In this document: one piece after another, positions 1 to 20,599 of the stretch
Numbering within the stretch: position 1 is the first letter of the stretch
Layout of the letters: each line of letters starts with the position of its first letter
Origin: Octopus vulgaris
Taxonomy: Eukaryota
Length of the DNA: 64,000 nt
Direction: 5' to 3'
Assembly: GCA_951406725.2 (NCBI GenBank)
Contig: OX597827.1
Span: 83,948,001-84,012,000 of the forward strand
Program-made: the position numbers and the translations under genes
The notes under the pieces: model-generated
What the model was told of the DNA's origin: nothing
Seen by the model: the letters and a program-made list of their open reading frames with translations, nothing else
The model's database searches: none

Positions 1-7216
<7,216 letters not shown>

Positions 7217-7443
7217 TTATATATATTTTTAAAAGAATTATAAATATATTTTAATAATTTTTATTTTCAATTTAAATAATTTAAATTTTTCAATTTTATA
7301 TTTTATATATTTTCTATATATTTTTTTTATGTTTTTGTTTTTGGTTTTTCACTGTTTGATTCGCCTATTAGTGGTTTTATCTCTAATTTAATTTATACAG
7401 ATATATATCTCATTTGTATACATTTGTATATATAATGCGTGTG

Positions 7444-7501
<58 letters not shown>

Positions 7502-8334
7502 AATATATATATATAATGTGTGCATTACGTAGTCGGTCGATTCAGCTGAAAATATGCACACCTATGTTAAAAGTGCTGGCAAGTTTGCATGACAACTATT
7601 TTTTCCTCAAATGAAAGGCGTCACCTCTAGGAAAAAAATTCCTCATCTTATAAAATGTGGCCCCAGTAGACCCGAATGAAATCGGGTTATATTAACCAAA
7701 ATGTGAAAAGGGGTCTAAATGGGGCTGGAAGGGGATTAACATTTCTAGGAGTGGGTGTTTAGGAATTCTCTGTTACATCAAGCTAAAAAAATTGCGCCAG
7801 CCTTTTAATCATCAATGTGTTGCCGTCCATGATAAAGAAGTTTTGAATGCTTGCCATGGTGAGTCTACTGTCGTGAGAAAGAATCACTTCAAAACTTGGT
7901 GTTTACGAATTTTCTTTTACATGAAGTTCAGAATTTTACGCCAGCCGTTAAACTGTCAATATGTTGCTGTCCGTCGTTAAGAAATGCCAGCCATGGTGAC
8001 TCTACTATCCTCAGATTCTATCCCTTCAAACTTTGGTTTCCAATATTTTATTATTTTTATTCAGCTCGCAAGTTCGTCTGTCCCTTTTAAATGTTAGCGT
8101 TTTGCTGTCTGCCTTGAAGCAGACCTTTCCGTTGCCACTGCCTGATATTTATGATTGATCTTTCTAAATATTTTACTTCTCAACTTACTCAAGATCTTCT
8201 GTTGTTTATAAATGGTAGAGAGATAGATAGAGAGTAAGAGAAAGCGAGGGAGAGTCCGAGAGAAAAGAAAAGTCAGAGAGTGGGAAAGTGAGAGAGAAAG
8301 GAGAGAGAAACAAAGACGGAGAATCATCATCATC

Positions 8335-8640
8335 TTCATCATCGTTTAACGTCCGTTTTCCGTGCTAGCACGGGTTGGACAGTACGACCGGGGTCTGGGA
8401 AGCCAGGAGGCTGCACCAGGCTCCAGTCTGATCTGGTAGTGTTTCTACAGGTGGATGACCTTCCTAACGCCAACCACTCTGTGAGTGTAGTGGGTGCTTT
8501 TTTCGTGCCGCCGGCACAGGTGCCAGGGGGGCTCGCTGCGGCAATGATCGGTTGGTGCTTTTTACGTGCCACCGGCACAGAAGCAAGTCAAGGCGGCGCT
8601 GCAATCGACCACGTTCGGATGGTGATTTTTACGTGCTGAA
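8335..8640 (-). mobile_element. SINE with Meta/MESC-like central domain
   Basis: Minus strand reads ggcgttaggaaggtcatccacctgtagaaac...ggacgttaaacgatgatga. Related copies at 32620-32930 and 38270-38540. Confidence 0.65.
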
Positions 8641-8672
8641 AGGAAGGAACAGAAAGTAACAACCACACTCTT

Positions 8673-8704
8673 ACCCGCGCGTAGAGCGGGTCACCTTCAG
8701 CTAG
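8673..8704 (+). mobile_element. Helitron 3' terminus (hairpin + CTAG); element probably extends left to about 7.5 kb
   Basis: ACCCGC-gcgtaga-GCGGGT hairpin, then CTAG|T 9 nt later, running into an AT-rich repeat. Confidence 0.65.
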
Positions 8705-9462
8705 TATATATATATATGTTTATATATATATGTATATAAATATATATGTATATATATAAATATAAATATATGTTTATATATATATGTATATAAATATATA
8801 TGTATATATATATTTTTATATGTATATAAATATATATATTTATATATATTTGTATATAAATATATATGTATATATTTAAATATATATACATATACATAAA
8901 CATATATATACAGTTGCGGCCAAAATGTTCAGAACGGCATTGTTTTCGTCAGTAAAAGTAGATATAATTTTTTATCAAAGTTGTTTTATATTCTATAATT
9001 TTCACAGACAATAAATACAATATTATTTGTTATTGCCTGAGATGTTGGTGTAATTTGAGAGGATAATACAAAAGACATGCTCAACTGGTAAAGGTCAAGT
9101 AGGATATTTGCTGTAGCCCATCTTTTGTACCAAGGCAATACAATGTTGATGATAACACTTCCAATCAGTTAAGATCAAAAGCCATGAGAGCCACTCCCTC
9201 ATCATCATCATCACCACCACCACCACCACCACCATCATCATCATCATGTTATTGTAGTGGTGGTGTTAAAGTGATGCTGGTGGTAACTAGTTTTCGAACT
9301 CATTGCTGTCCTCTCAGTTTTTTCTGTATTTGTGATGGGAGCGATTATTGATTGTTTTCCCACCTGCGTCTCATTACGATGGTTTGCCAGGTTCTAGTTT
9401 CTTCTTTGTACTCTTCATTTAACGAGAAACTGGGAGAAGTGGTTAATGGTTGGTTAAAGAAT

Positions 9463-9635
9463 CTTTTCTACACAAGGCCCGCAGTTTTGAGGGAGGGGGC
9501 CAGTCGATTAGATCGATCCCAGTACGCAACTCGTACTTAATTTATCAACCCCGGTGGAATTTGAACTCAGAACGTAAAGACAGACGGAATACCGCTAAGC
9601 ATGTCGCTCGGCGTGCGAACGTTTCTGCCTTATTA
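9463..9635 (-). mobile_element. Octopus OR-type tRNA-derived SINE (internally deleted) with 14-bp TSD
   Basis: Core ttctgagttcaaattccac on minus. Flanked by the direct repeat GTTGGTTAAAGAAT at 9449-9462 and 9636-9649. Confidence 0.8.
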
Positions 9636-10903
9636 GTTGGTTAAAGAATGAGTGCTGTTTTGGCTCACGTCAGTGCAGTACTGGGGACGGGCAGTTCCCA
9701 TTTCTACTGACTCTTTCGAAATTGTGGTACTCTTCTTCGATGTCTTGATTGTGGTTTTCGTTATTGCTACATTGTTGATGATGTTGGCAGAAAATGAGTT
9801 TTTTTTTTTTACTTCACTGTCTGAAGTGAATCTTGTGGTGTTTGGTGCAACAGCATGTCTAACTCCTCCCCCTCCCGTCTTCCACATTAACCTTTATTAA
9901 ATCTTCGCTCTTCAAATAAATGGACTCGAAAATCTTTGAGATGTACTCGAGAATGAGCATCATCTGCACCGTTGTTCTGCGAGGAAAGTTGGTCTCCAGT
10001 TGACAATCTCCTAATCTAGGTTGAGATGATCTTCGTTTCATGAATCAAGTTCATTAACGTCATGTGACATAATGCTGAATATCGCCATGGTTACACTCAC
10101 CAATTCATATTGCATAGCAATAATAAATTCTCCGTGGAGGACCAGAATGACTTGACTGTTTTCCTCACCTCCCACGGACTCTTTCTTACTTCTTCATTTT
10201 GGCAATGCGATGGTAGAAGGCCGAAAGTCTCCAACGCTGAAAGTTCTCTTTATTTGCAAGTGAATATTTCAACCAGGATCGACTTTGGTGAACCACATTG
10301 TCTTGTTTATGGGACAAAACTATTACGTTTGATAATGGTGAGCATGATGTGGTGGTGTTGCTGTTGTGGTTGCTAATAGTTGATCTACAAATTGTGTCCA
10401 TTCATTTAAACGCACCTATTACTGCACTACTGGTAGTTGTGACGGTCCCGGTTGGGCTGTTTTCTCGCTGTTCTTGCTGCTATCGTTATGCGCAATGATG
10501 GCGGCCGAGTTTGTTTCATTGTTGCTAATATTTTTTCCCTACCAAAGAAGACAAGACTTTATTTGTGATAACGAAAGTGAGTTTCTCCTCCCATCCTTTT
10601 CTCCATTTAAGTTGTATTTCCTCTTACTGTCCACTCCACTTCGTCACATGATAACATTTCTTCGAGAAGTGATCATTTTTAAAGATTTTATTTGCTACTA
10701 CAAATTCTTTTAATAGGTTTGGCCCCTTATTGGGGCTGAAAAACGAAATGACCGCACTTCTCCCTTTTTCGCTCTTCTTACGATCTCTTCCCGAATCAGA
10801 TGCGCAACAAAAACATAACAACAAATTCGTAAATTGATAAACTAACAATTGTTTCCAGATTAGCAGAGCAGCAAACCTACGTAACGCACTGTGAAGCAAT
10901 ATA

Positions 10904-10946
<43 letters not shown>

Positions 10947-11090
10947 GTGATGACGATGATGACGACGACAACAACAACAACAACTGGAGAAGAAAAGAAT
11001 GAAAGCATAAAATGGAAGAAATTTTAAAGTGAGGTTATTAAGGAAATAAAGATTTAAAAGGATTTAGCGCAAAATTTGTTTATACTAAAA

Positions 11091-11126
<36 letters not shown>

Positions 11127-12194
11127 TGCACGCACGCGCACGTCTATGTGTGTATGTGTGTGTGTATGCATGTATATATATATATATATATATATGCACG
11201 CGCACGTACATACATACACATATGTGATATGCTCACATATGTGTATATATTCAAGTCTACACACACACTCGTATAGATATGCACGCGCACACACACACAG
11301 TCATAGACTTCTATCCAGATGTCACTTATACATATGCTTGAATACGTTAGTTATAAAATGTGAGAGAGAGACGAATGTGTGTGTGTGTGTGTGCGTGTGC
11401 GTGCGTGTGTGTGCGTGTGTGTGCGAGTGCGTGTGAACATACGTACTACATCTATAACACATGCGGACTCTTCTGCTTGAGAAGTTACACAAAGTCGGCT
11501 GGCACTACGAATTAGTGCTGATTGCCTTTATCTCCGTTGGTATGCGTGTGGTTCCCTAACACCCCGCCTCCACCTCGGCTCCTTGCTCAGTCAAGAATGT
11601 TTCTCTCCCAACACAAAGATCTTCTGCTAAAGTTTCATTTTACACTAATTAACTTCAGCTTAACATTTATTTATTACTTCGAAAAATCATTTTTCACTTT
11701 ACTTCTTCCTTTTATCTTTAAAAATGAGAAATTTTGCACTTTTTCTACTTAAATATAAATAACAAATTGATATTATTTTCTTAATATTTTGTCTTTGGCA
11801 ACAAGACACACAGCTTTTCTTACCAAAATGTCTGGCTGTTTTGCAGATTTCCTAAATAATTCTAATTTATTACATCAACCTAAGTATATTTACTTTGTGA
11901 TTCTCTCATCATTTCTTCATTAAACATAGTGAAGTCTCGATTTCTCTGAGAAGGACCCAATAAAACGGAAACATGTCGACAGTTGGCCCCCGCCCGCTGC
12001 TTACCTGTCTAAAGAAACAAAATATTAGTCAATGACAAACTTTTCTTTTTTTGATCCTACCATAAAACCCCGTTGATCCAACTATAGTCCAAATTTTTAT
12101 TGTTAATTGTTATTGTTGTTTTTTAGTCGTTATACGCAGTATATGTAAATCCCCTATATGTAAATAATAATAATAATAATTATTATTATTATTA

Positions 12195-12415
12195 TTTCTT
12201 TACAACCCACAAGGGGCTAAATTCAGAGAGGACAGACAAACGGATTATGTCGATTACATCGACCCCAGTACGTAACTGGTACTTAATTTATCGACCCCGA
12301 AAGGATGAAAGGCAAAGACAACCTCGGCGGAATTTGAACTCAGAACGTAACGGCAGACGAAATACCGCTAAGCATTTCGTCCGGCGTGCTAACGTTTCTG
12401 CCAGCTCGCCGCCTT
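12195..12415 (-). mobile_element. Octopus OR-type tRNA-derived SINE in a (TAA)n array
   Basis: Minus: ggcggcgagctggcagaaacgttagc...gttctgagttcaaattccgccgagg (A/B-box-like). TAA/TTA repeats on both sides. Confidence 0.85.
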
Positions 12416-12416
12416 C

Positions 12417-12449
<33 letters not shown>

Positions 12450-12451
12450 TC

Positions 12452-14230
12452 AACAAAAACAATCCATTCTTTATTGGCCATAATGGTTACACACAAAAAC
12501 GAAGGTTGATACAACGCAAAGGACAGAGGGGATTTACATTTACTGCGTATAACGAGTAAAAACAACAATAACAATTAACAATAAAAATTTGAACTATAAA
12601 ATTGGTCAAAAGGGAGGGAATCTTCAGCCAGGGTGCAACATCTGGACACCCTGAACGCCAACTACACCTCGGGTGAGCACCCCTTCTTCTCTCTATTCTC
12701 TCTGGCCTACATGCGCATGTTCAGAATAGGGCTATTCACATGGACCCTCCACATTCACCCACCTTGAAACAAAGTTACTGGGGGTAGGGCAGACTTTTCC
12801 TCTCTACCGTCATCTCCCTTTTCACGTGGAACTTGAAAAAGTTGCGGAGGCTCTGGTCGAAGAGGAACATGTCTATCGTCAATCCTTTCAACCTCGCCCA
12901 CCACACCACCCCTTTCGTTACAGCCACCAGACAGAGGAAAACTGCCTGCCCTTCCTGTCCAAAAGAAGGTGCTGGGCGATCTTCAGATAGACTCGGCCGA
13001 TAATCGGGTCCGCCGTACACGCAATAACAGCTGTTCGACAAAGCTCCACAAGTCAGCACTTGATGAGTGCATGCATAACGGTTTCATGGCCCTGCTCACA
13101 TCTCGGACAGTTCCGTCTGACAGCACTTCTGTACCTGTAGAGGTTGTCTCGAACCGGCAGAGCCGCCCGGTAACACTGCCAGGCCAGGGTTTTTGGGAAA
13201 TTATCCATACGCCCCTGACCGAAAGTCCTCCGGAAAATACCAGCCAACTGATCTCTCCCGATGCCCAAATTCCCCGAGGACATCGTCGCTCTTGCCCGCC
13301 ACTAATCCCCAACAAATGTCCAATGTGGAACTTCCAGCGACCGCGTTGTCCGACTGGTGGAGGGCTGTGAGCGCTTGCCGACCTTTAGGTACCAAGTGCC
13401 CTTTTTCGGTCTACGCTTGATCCAGGACTATAACTCAGTCAATGAGACGAGCAGCGGAAAAACCTTTCTGTCAAACGGCGACCACATCTGTTCACCGTTG
13501 AGGAAACGCTGGAGATGTCACAGCCTCATCACAGGTCTGCACATCCTTAGCCATTGCATCCCCAGTCCTCTACTCAGCGACTGCTAACAGCAGAGAGAGC
13601 CTCTGACGAGCGGAAAAACAACCTTCCCATGACAGTCAGGCGCTAGTAGATGATGGATGCAGTGTACGCATTCACCACCTCTGCTCTACCCTTCAGAGAT
13701 AGCTTCCTCTTAAAGACTGGCCACACTGGTCGTTACCCCACGTCAGTTCTTATCCACCTAGCCCTATGACACTGTCGGTTGGCATGGACCCACCGATTTC
13801 TCTTCTTTAATCTTCGCTCCTGTCACCGCTTCATATTCCCTTAGGGTAGTGCCGATCACTTTAATTTCGAGAGGTCCGACACTATCACGTAACTGCTTCT
13901 GCATATGTCGACACGAATCTTCCGCATCAGTTCATGCGGGATGCCCCTTGAAACATCCAACAGTGGGCATCCTTGACGGATGTGCGATGCTAAACGATTT
14001 TGATAAGTGGCCATTTACTTTGCCAGCCGAACAGATTTGGCTGTACATTGCAGCGATCCAGCCTCTGAGAACCGGACCGAAACCGGCCGATACGAGAAAA
14101 ACCTCCAGGTATTGGTGGTCGACCCTATCAAAAGCCTTCATTGATCAACGCCCCACCTATGCCAGGTTTTCCACCGTCTGGTTGCTATGGCGAGGGAGGT
14201 AGTGTGGTGGACGAGATTGAAAGGACTGAA
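12452..14230 (-). mobile_element. L1/Tx1-like LINE 3' fragment (degenerate RT + zf-RVT + 3'UTR)
   Basis: KAFDRVDHQYL...GFGP...WI...VNG (L1/Tx1 RT); ALPVRD...CPRC...ETVMHALIKC (C-terminal zinc knuckle); AATAAA followed by (TAT)n at the 3' end. Confidence 0.8.
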
Positions 14231-14647
14231 GGCAAATACTGCCCTCTTTGGCCAAGCCCTCATAAACTTTTAAAGTTCCACTTCAGAAGGAAGGTGAGAG
14301 TAGAGAAGGAAGTTTCCCCACCACGCAAGTAAATTTGCTGAAAGGTGGGTGCGAGTTGCGAGGATGAACCGTGTGAATGGACCTACTCTCAACTTTCGTT
14401 TTAAACTGGTGGAGTTGAGAAGGAGAGAGACGCCTACTGAGGTGCATCTGGCGTTCGAGAAAACCAAAATGTGTGGGGTTCCTCGGTTGCCTCTGTAAGG
14501 AACTTTCCCTTTTGGGGGAATTTTATTGTTTAATTGTATAGTTAATTATCATTGCCATTTTATCATTTACTCGATTTTTATGTTAAACTCCACGTGCCGC
14601 CAGTTTTGTATTGTCCCCATTTGTTTTGTGTTCGGCCCGCCCCAACA

Positions 14648-14682
<35 letters not shown>

Positions 14683-14683
<1 letters not shown>

Positions 14684-15081
14684 CGGCGAGCTGGCAGAAT
14701 CGTTAGCACGTCGGGCGAAATGCGTAGCCGTATTTCGTCTGCCGTTACGTTCTGAGTTCAAATTCCGCCGAGGTCGACTTTGCCTTTCATCCTTTCCGGG
14801 TTGATAAATTAAGTACCAGTTACGCATTGGGGTCGATAGAATCTACTTAATCCGTTTGTCTGTCCTTGTTTGTCCCCTCTATGTTTAGCCCCTTGTGGGC
14901 AATAAAGAAATAGGTATTTCGTCCGCCGCCACGTTCTGAGTTCAAATTCCGCCGAGGTCGATTGTGCCTTTCATTCTTTTGTGGTCGATGAACTAAGTAG
15001 CAGTTACGCACTGGGGTTGATGTAATCGACTTAATCCATTCCCCCCACAAATTTGAGGCCTTGTGATTCCGGTAGAAAGAC

Positions 15082-15130
<49 letters not shown>

Positions 15131-15350
15131 GGTCGTGAGCTGGCAGAATCGTTAGCACGCCGGGCGAAATGCTAAGCGGTATTTCGTCTACCGCTTCGTT
15201 CTGAGTTCAAATTCGGCCGAAGTTGACTGACTTTGCCTTTCATCTTTTCAGGGTCAATAAATTAAGTATCAGTGATACACTAGGGTCAGTATAATCGATT
15301 AGTCTCCTCCCACCAAATTTCATGCTTTGTACATCCTGTAGAAAGGATTA
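14683..15350 (+). mobile_element. Cluster of three OR-type SINE units (a dimer plus a monomer) separated by (TTA)n
   Basis: ttctgagttcaaattc(c/g)gccga core at about 14750, 14933 and 15199; (TTA)n at 14650-14680 and 15082-15128. Confidence 0.85.
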
Positions 15351-15629
15351 TCAATAATGTTAATACGCCAACTTGTTGTTTTTGTACGTCCGTACCTGTG
15401 GTGTGTGTCACACCTCAAAGGAAGTGAGTAACAAAGCGGGAGAGAAGAGGACAGAGAGGAAGTGTGTGAGAGAGAGAGAGAGAGAGAGTGAGTGGCAACG
15501 GCGTTCGTTTTGTGTTTTTAAATGTTTATCACATCGCAAGAAAATTTATACATAGATACATACACATACGGAACAGTCTGCTCGTAAAATTAACGCGCAA
15601 ATGGCTGAATACACCACAGACATGCATGC

Positions 15630-15836
15630 TATAAGGTAGTTCTCTTGGAGATTCAGCCTCACAAAGGAGGCTGGCCTCTTTGAATTACAGCTACAACTCA
15701 TTTTTGCCAGCTGAGTGGACTGCAGCAAGGTAAAGTAGAGTACCTTGCTCAAGAACACAGGCACCGCAGGGAATCGTACTCATGACTTTACAATCGTGGG
15801 CCGAATACTCCTAACCACTGAGCCACGCACCTTCAC
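15630..15836 (-). mobile_element. tRNA-derived SINE (CORE/V-like ttgagcaaggtact segment)
   Basis: Minus: gtgaaggtgcgtggctcagtggttagg (A box)...gagtacgattccc (B-box-like)...gttcttgagcaagg. Confidence 0.6.
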
Positions 15837-17324
15837 TCTCTTAACCGTAGAGAAAAGGAGTGACGCGACAGAGAAAGGAAAGCCTCAGTCATTTCCAATC
15901 ACAATTAGAAAGAAATACGATCGATCTTTTCTAGTTTCTTTACTTTTAACAATGAAGAAGACCTTTAGTAATGAATCGAGAGAAAGTCTTTCAGGTGTTT
16001 ATGTTTTTATCCTGGAAGTTCCAGAACGATCGAGTGTTAGTTCTCTCTTCTTTCCCCCACCCACCGGTACTTATTCACATTCCTTCATAGTTCTCCATGT
16101 CTTTTAGTTGGGAGAAAGACCATGTTTTTTTTTCCGGCACATTTAACGTTTCTTTACAAACTACAAACGGGCTCCAACCTCCCTTCCCTTTTTCTTTTCA
16201 TACAAAAACTAATGCAAATTTCGAACGGGGTATAACTGTGAAAAGAGCCCAGAAAAATGGGTGATACCCCCTACAAAATGAGTTAGGGAGAAAGGTTGCC
16301 AACAGGTGGCTACACGAAATTCAATTTTATACGTTGAAGAGTGTCTTCTACAGTCTCGGGCTGACCAAACTTACAGGGAATAAGTCCAGGGGTCGATTTC
16401 TTTGACTAAAGGGTGGTGCTCCAGCATGGCCGCAGTCAAATGACTGAAACAAGTAAAAGAATAAAAGAATACCAGAAGAACGTTCCGTACCACGAAACCA
16501 AAAAGGTTCTTTGAATATGTTTGATGTATTTTAAGGTTAAACAGTAATTCTGTTTATGTTTGCGTAACTGAGATATTTTGGTTTGATTATATGATTATCG
16601 GTTTTACACTTCTTTCTATATTCTGTAACTGTCACAATATAGAAACATTTATCATGGCGCCAGCACACAATTTGCAGATGCTTACAGCGCCTTCCATAAT
16701 GTTAAGGGGATGCCAACCATTTTCTCGAATCATAACTTAGGACTACAAATGTATAGTCCGAGACAGAAAATACAAAAACGCAGGCAACTAGAAGCAACCG
16801 ACTTCTTTCCAGCTAGAACTTTCATAAATCCAACTGGAAAGCTATTGAAAAAGTCCTGCAACAAAACCGGTCTGACAGTCTTTCTCTGCAGAATATCAGC
16901 ATAAAGCTAAAACACTTTATGATAATCATGCAAGGCATATGCAATAAGTTTGTTCCAGAGAGAATTTCAAACCGACAGAAAAAGATAAATCCCCCAAAAT
17001 AGGAAAATTCTAAATAGAAGACAAGCAAAGATCTCAAATCGTCCTAATGAGCTACTAACGGAAAGTGAGGAGCCCTATTTCGAACGAGCTTTGCCGAAGA
17101 TGGTAAAACATGAGGTCACTGTTCAAAGAAAATGACTGACTGACTGCGGACCCCCAAGAGATAAGTAAATTACTGAATTTGCAATGCAAAAGTGTTTCAC
17201 AACTTTGGCAGAAAACTAGCAAATAAATATGCCAGACGAGTTCTTTGACATCACATCTGTACACAAAGGGATGGTAATTATCGATTACGTCGAAATAAAA
17301 TAAACTGGTATAATATCAGCCATT

Positions 17325-18365
17325 GATTATTCCCATCAGTTCTGAAAAATTCAAAGATCACTGCAAACCCTCTTCCAACACTTACTTGCAAGCGGTAAAT
17401 TTACCAGAAAGTTAAAGAAGGACATAATATGTTCTAGCCATAAACGAGGAAGCAGAGAAGAAGCTAAAAAGTGTAGACTTGTCTCTCTCTCTAACCTAAC
17501 ACATCAGTAAAATTATTGTAACAAAAAAAGAAAAAAAATCAAAGGCCCTTGATATGATTGATCGCTGAATATGACACGGCATAGTTGGAAAACTGAGAGA
17601 GTGTTTACATGACTTCCTTAAAAGATAGTGCCCTCCAATGGAGCCCTCTCCGAAGAGACGTTAATAATGAGTGGAGTGCTTCAGGGAATTGTCTTGGAGT
17701 CGCTGCTGTTTGTGGAAGCTCTCTCAGACATGCCATCTGTTATACCAACAACCATTCTTACTAGCTTGGCCGACGTTACAAACGTTGCACAGCCAAGAAT
17801 CCTCTTGATGCTAATCTTCAACAGAAAGATCTAGATGCCATATATAAATGAGCTGAAGAAAACAACGCAGTTTAATGCAGGGCAATTCCAAGCTGTCCCC
17901 TATCAGCCAACTTGTGCTAAAGTACCGAAATAAAAGTACTTTGGAACAAAAGGAGTAGTCATGCTATAATCAACACAATTTGTGACCTAGTGATTGATAG
18001 GAGCATCGATGCTTCGTTTAATGTACATATCACCAAGATGGTGGCAATGTGCTGGCGAATGACTGGATTGATTCTGAGAACTTTCAGAAAGGTACCAGGA
18101 ATCTATGCTGGTCCTATGGACTGCAGCTCTGTTATGGTCACCCCATAGTCTCAAGTTAACAGCGGAACTAGCAGCAATTCAATCGTGCTAGACCAGAAAC
18201 ATTACATCAATAAAACACTCGTGCTACTGTGAGAGACTAGAAAATTATGACTCTACTCCCTGGAGTGAAGATTGGAGACATATGTAATGATACACCTATG
18301 AAAGAACTGAAGGGGGCTGGCACCAAACTTTGGCATCAACAGTTTTATTAGACCCCGATGAGGAC

Positions 18366-18370
<5 letters not shown>
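17325..18370 (+). mobile_element. Old degenerate copy of the same CR1-group LINE family
   Basis: SGVLQGIVLESLLFVEALSDMPS parallels SGVPQGTVLGPLLFIMALSDMPS; ccaaactttggcatc is shared with copy 2. Ends in (AT)n at 18370. Confidence 0.8.
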
Positions 18371-18401
<31 letters not shown>

Positions 18402-18406
<5 letters not shown>

Positions 18407-18750
18407 TGGTGGCTTATTAGTAATTAAAACCTAAAGGCAAAATTGATAGAAGTCACTAAAACGACAGAAGGTTCTGATTAGCACTGCTTTTGCTAAGGAT
18501 AAGAGTGAAACTAACTCAAATCCACAGGCGCACTGTTTTAAGTGACTGACAAAGGGAGGTAAGTCCCCAGCGATTTCGGATTTTAATGTAGACCATCTTA
18601 ATCCTCATCAGCGACTCTTAGCGCCTAAGGTTAAACTCAACTATCTGTAAACTGTAGAAAAATGTGCTGATTTCCAAAACTGTAAAAGTGTAAACAACAA
18701 AATTAAAAGGATGGCTTATTAGCAATTAGAACTTAAAGGCAAAATTAATA
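18402..18750 (-). mobile_element. Penelope pseudo-LTR / retrozyme-like unit with terminal direct repeats and a degenerate hammerhead
   Basis: ~45-bp direct repeat (tggcttattag...taaaggcaaaatt) near 18402 and 18705. Minus-strand CTGATGA-ggatt...aatcc-GAAA at about 18573-18610. Confidence 0.55.
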
Positions 18751-20599
18751 GTTCGTCCCTTCAAGGCAGTACCCCGGCATGGCCGCAGTCAACTGACTGA
18801 AACAAGTAAAATAAAAGATAAACGAAAAAAGTGTTTAATGCAATCCGTATCTCAGTATATCTATTGAATATATATCAACTGACATGTATGAAGCTGTATG
18901 AAAACCATTTCAGAAACTTGGGAAAATTCTCTCACAGAGTTGTTTCCCTTAGAAAGAATGTTATCTTCTTAGAGTTATTTCCCCTTGAAAATAATTATTT
19001 CCCTTTAGTTCAAGAAACTAAATTCTAAGATGAAAAGAGTCTAATTAAATAGTTGACACATTTCTCATTTGTTCTTAAAGTAATTATTCTAATGGGCATT
19101 TTAGAATTACTATAACTAAAATATTAGAATTCGTTTTAGATTATGGCCGTCAATCGTATGCAGAAGTGGACTTGAAGAAAAAAGTTCTAGAAATGTGACA
19201 GATGAGTGCTGCGAATGTTGACATCTTTGGGCAATTTCCTGTAGTGAAGTCGGTTGGTGTTTCTTTCTATCAGGGTCAGTGCATCAGACCATCATAGCAC
19301 CAACTTTGGCGACTAGTTTTATCTTAATATCGCTTTGGCTGAGGTGTTTACAGAGTGAAGAGAGTTTTGAACGTGGGGTAAATAATTTATTTTATAGTAG
19401 ATCGACAGAGAGGAGGGAAACATTTCAACCTTTATAAACTCTCCGAGACCAATGGGGTTCACGTTCTTCAACAGTTGCAATTTGACAGTTGTACGGAGAA
19501 CCGACAATGTGGAGAAGGAAAAAGACTAGTCGTCATGGCTTAATGCATCGTCGGTAGTGGTGGGCACAGTAATAGAAGTAACGTGAGCAGAGGTGACACA
19601 AGACTTGCATTCTCCAAGGGACAGAGGTCACAACAGTAGCAGTAGAACAAATAGACAGGAGTACATCAGTAGAGAAGAAGTTTTAGAGTGTGTTGGCATA
19701 ACTTGAAGGCAATCAAGCAAGTGGCTTTTCTTTGATTGTCACTTTCTGCGTATAGCAGTAATACTGTGGGAGATATCTCTTTGTGTATAAACTATACCAT
19801 TCTGGATGTTGAAGTGTTACGTCACTGAGTGTTTCAATTCAGCCTCGTATAGGGATAGTAAGTACTTTGTGTGTGTGAGATAAAATATTTTCTGTCTTTG
19901 AAGGCAAATGCCATCCTTATTAATGTGGTCGTTGCTATGTTGGAGGTGTGTATTTGCCTGGATCATTAGCGATGGTGATTCCGAGCATTTGTAGCAGTGG
20001 TGGTACTAGCTGTGTGCTGTTCATATTTAGAGGAGATGGACTGTTATGCTTATGTGTAGTGATTGTTTCTTTATGCTTTTGAAGGGGAAGAATATTTTTA
20101 CTGTCCCAGTAAGTTCACAAAGGGTAAGTAGGTTAGGTATGAGGAGTCTCGCTTGAATGCAGATGACGTTTAGGAGCAGAAGTTAAGGGAGAAGTGAAAG
20201 AAGGCGATTGGGTGGGTTATGCTGGGGTTGACAGTAAATTGGTTGTTAATCTAGGAGAGGAAATGTGTGAAATCGAAATGGAATAATCGGCAAAAATATT
20301 TCATTCCCTTTAGTTTCAGACGTCATCTCATCTATGCAGTTTCCATTTACTTCTCCTATATTCCTGAACTCCACCATTTTCTTCAAAAACACTACAATCT
20401 CGGCTGCTTCTCTAAACGTCAGCACTTAGAACAAATCTGTTACCCTTTCCTTGACTATTCTGCTGACTTCCTCTCAGTGTTAAGAGTTCCACAACGCAAC
20501 GGTCTTCGACATTCCCTGAAGCAAAGAGAAATGATAAAATTTCACATTTAGTTCTACTTCAGCCACGACTATTAATAAACAATACAAACCACGCCATAA

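Noticed and set aside
19270-20270. Possible decayed retroelement ORF (similar unclear stretches at 24940-25440 and 29330-30130)
   Set aside because: Looks like decayed coding repeat sequence but has no diagnostic motif I can support.
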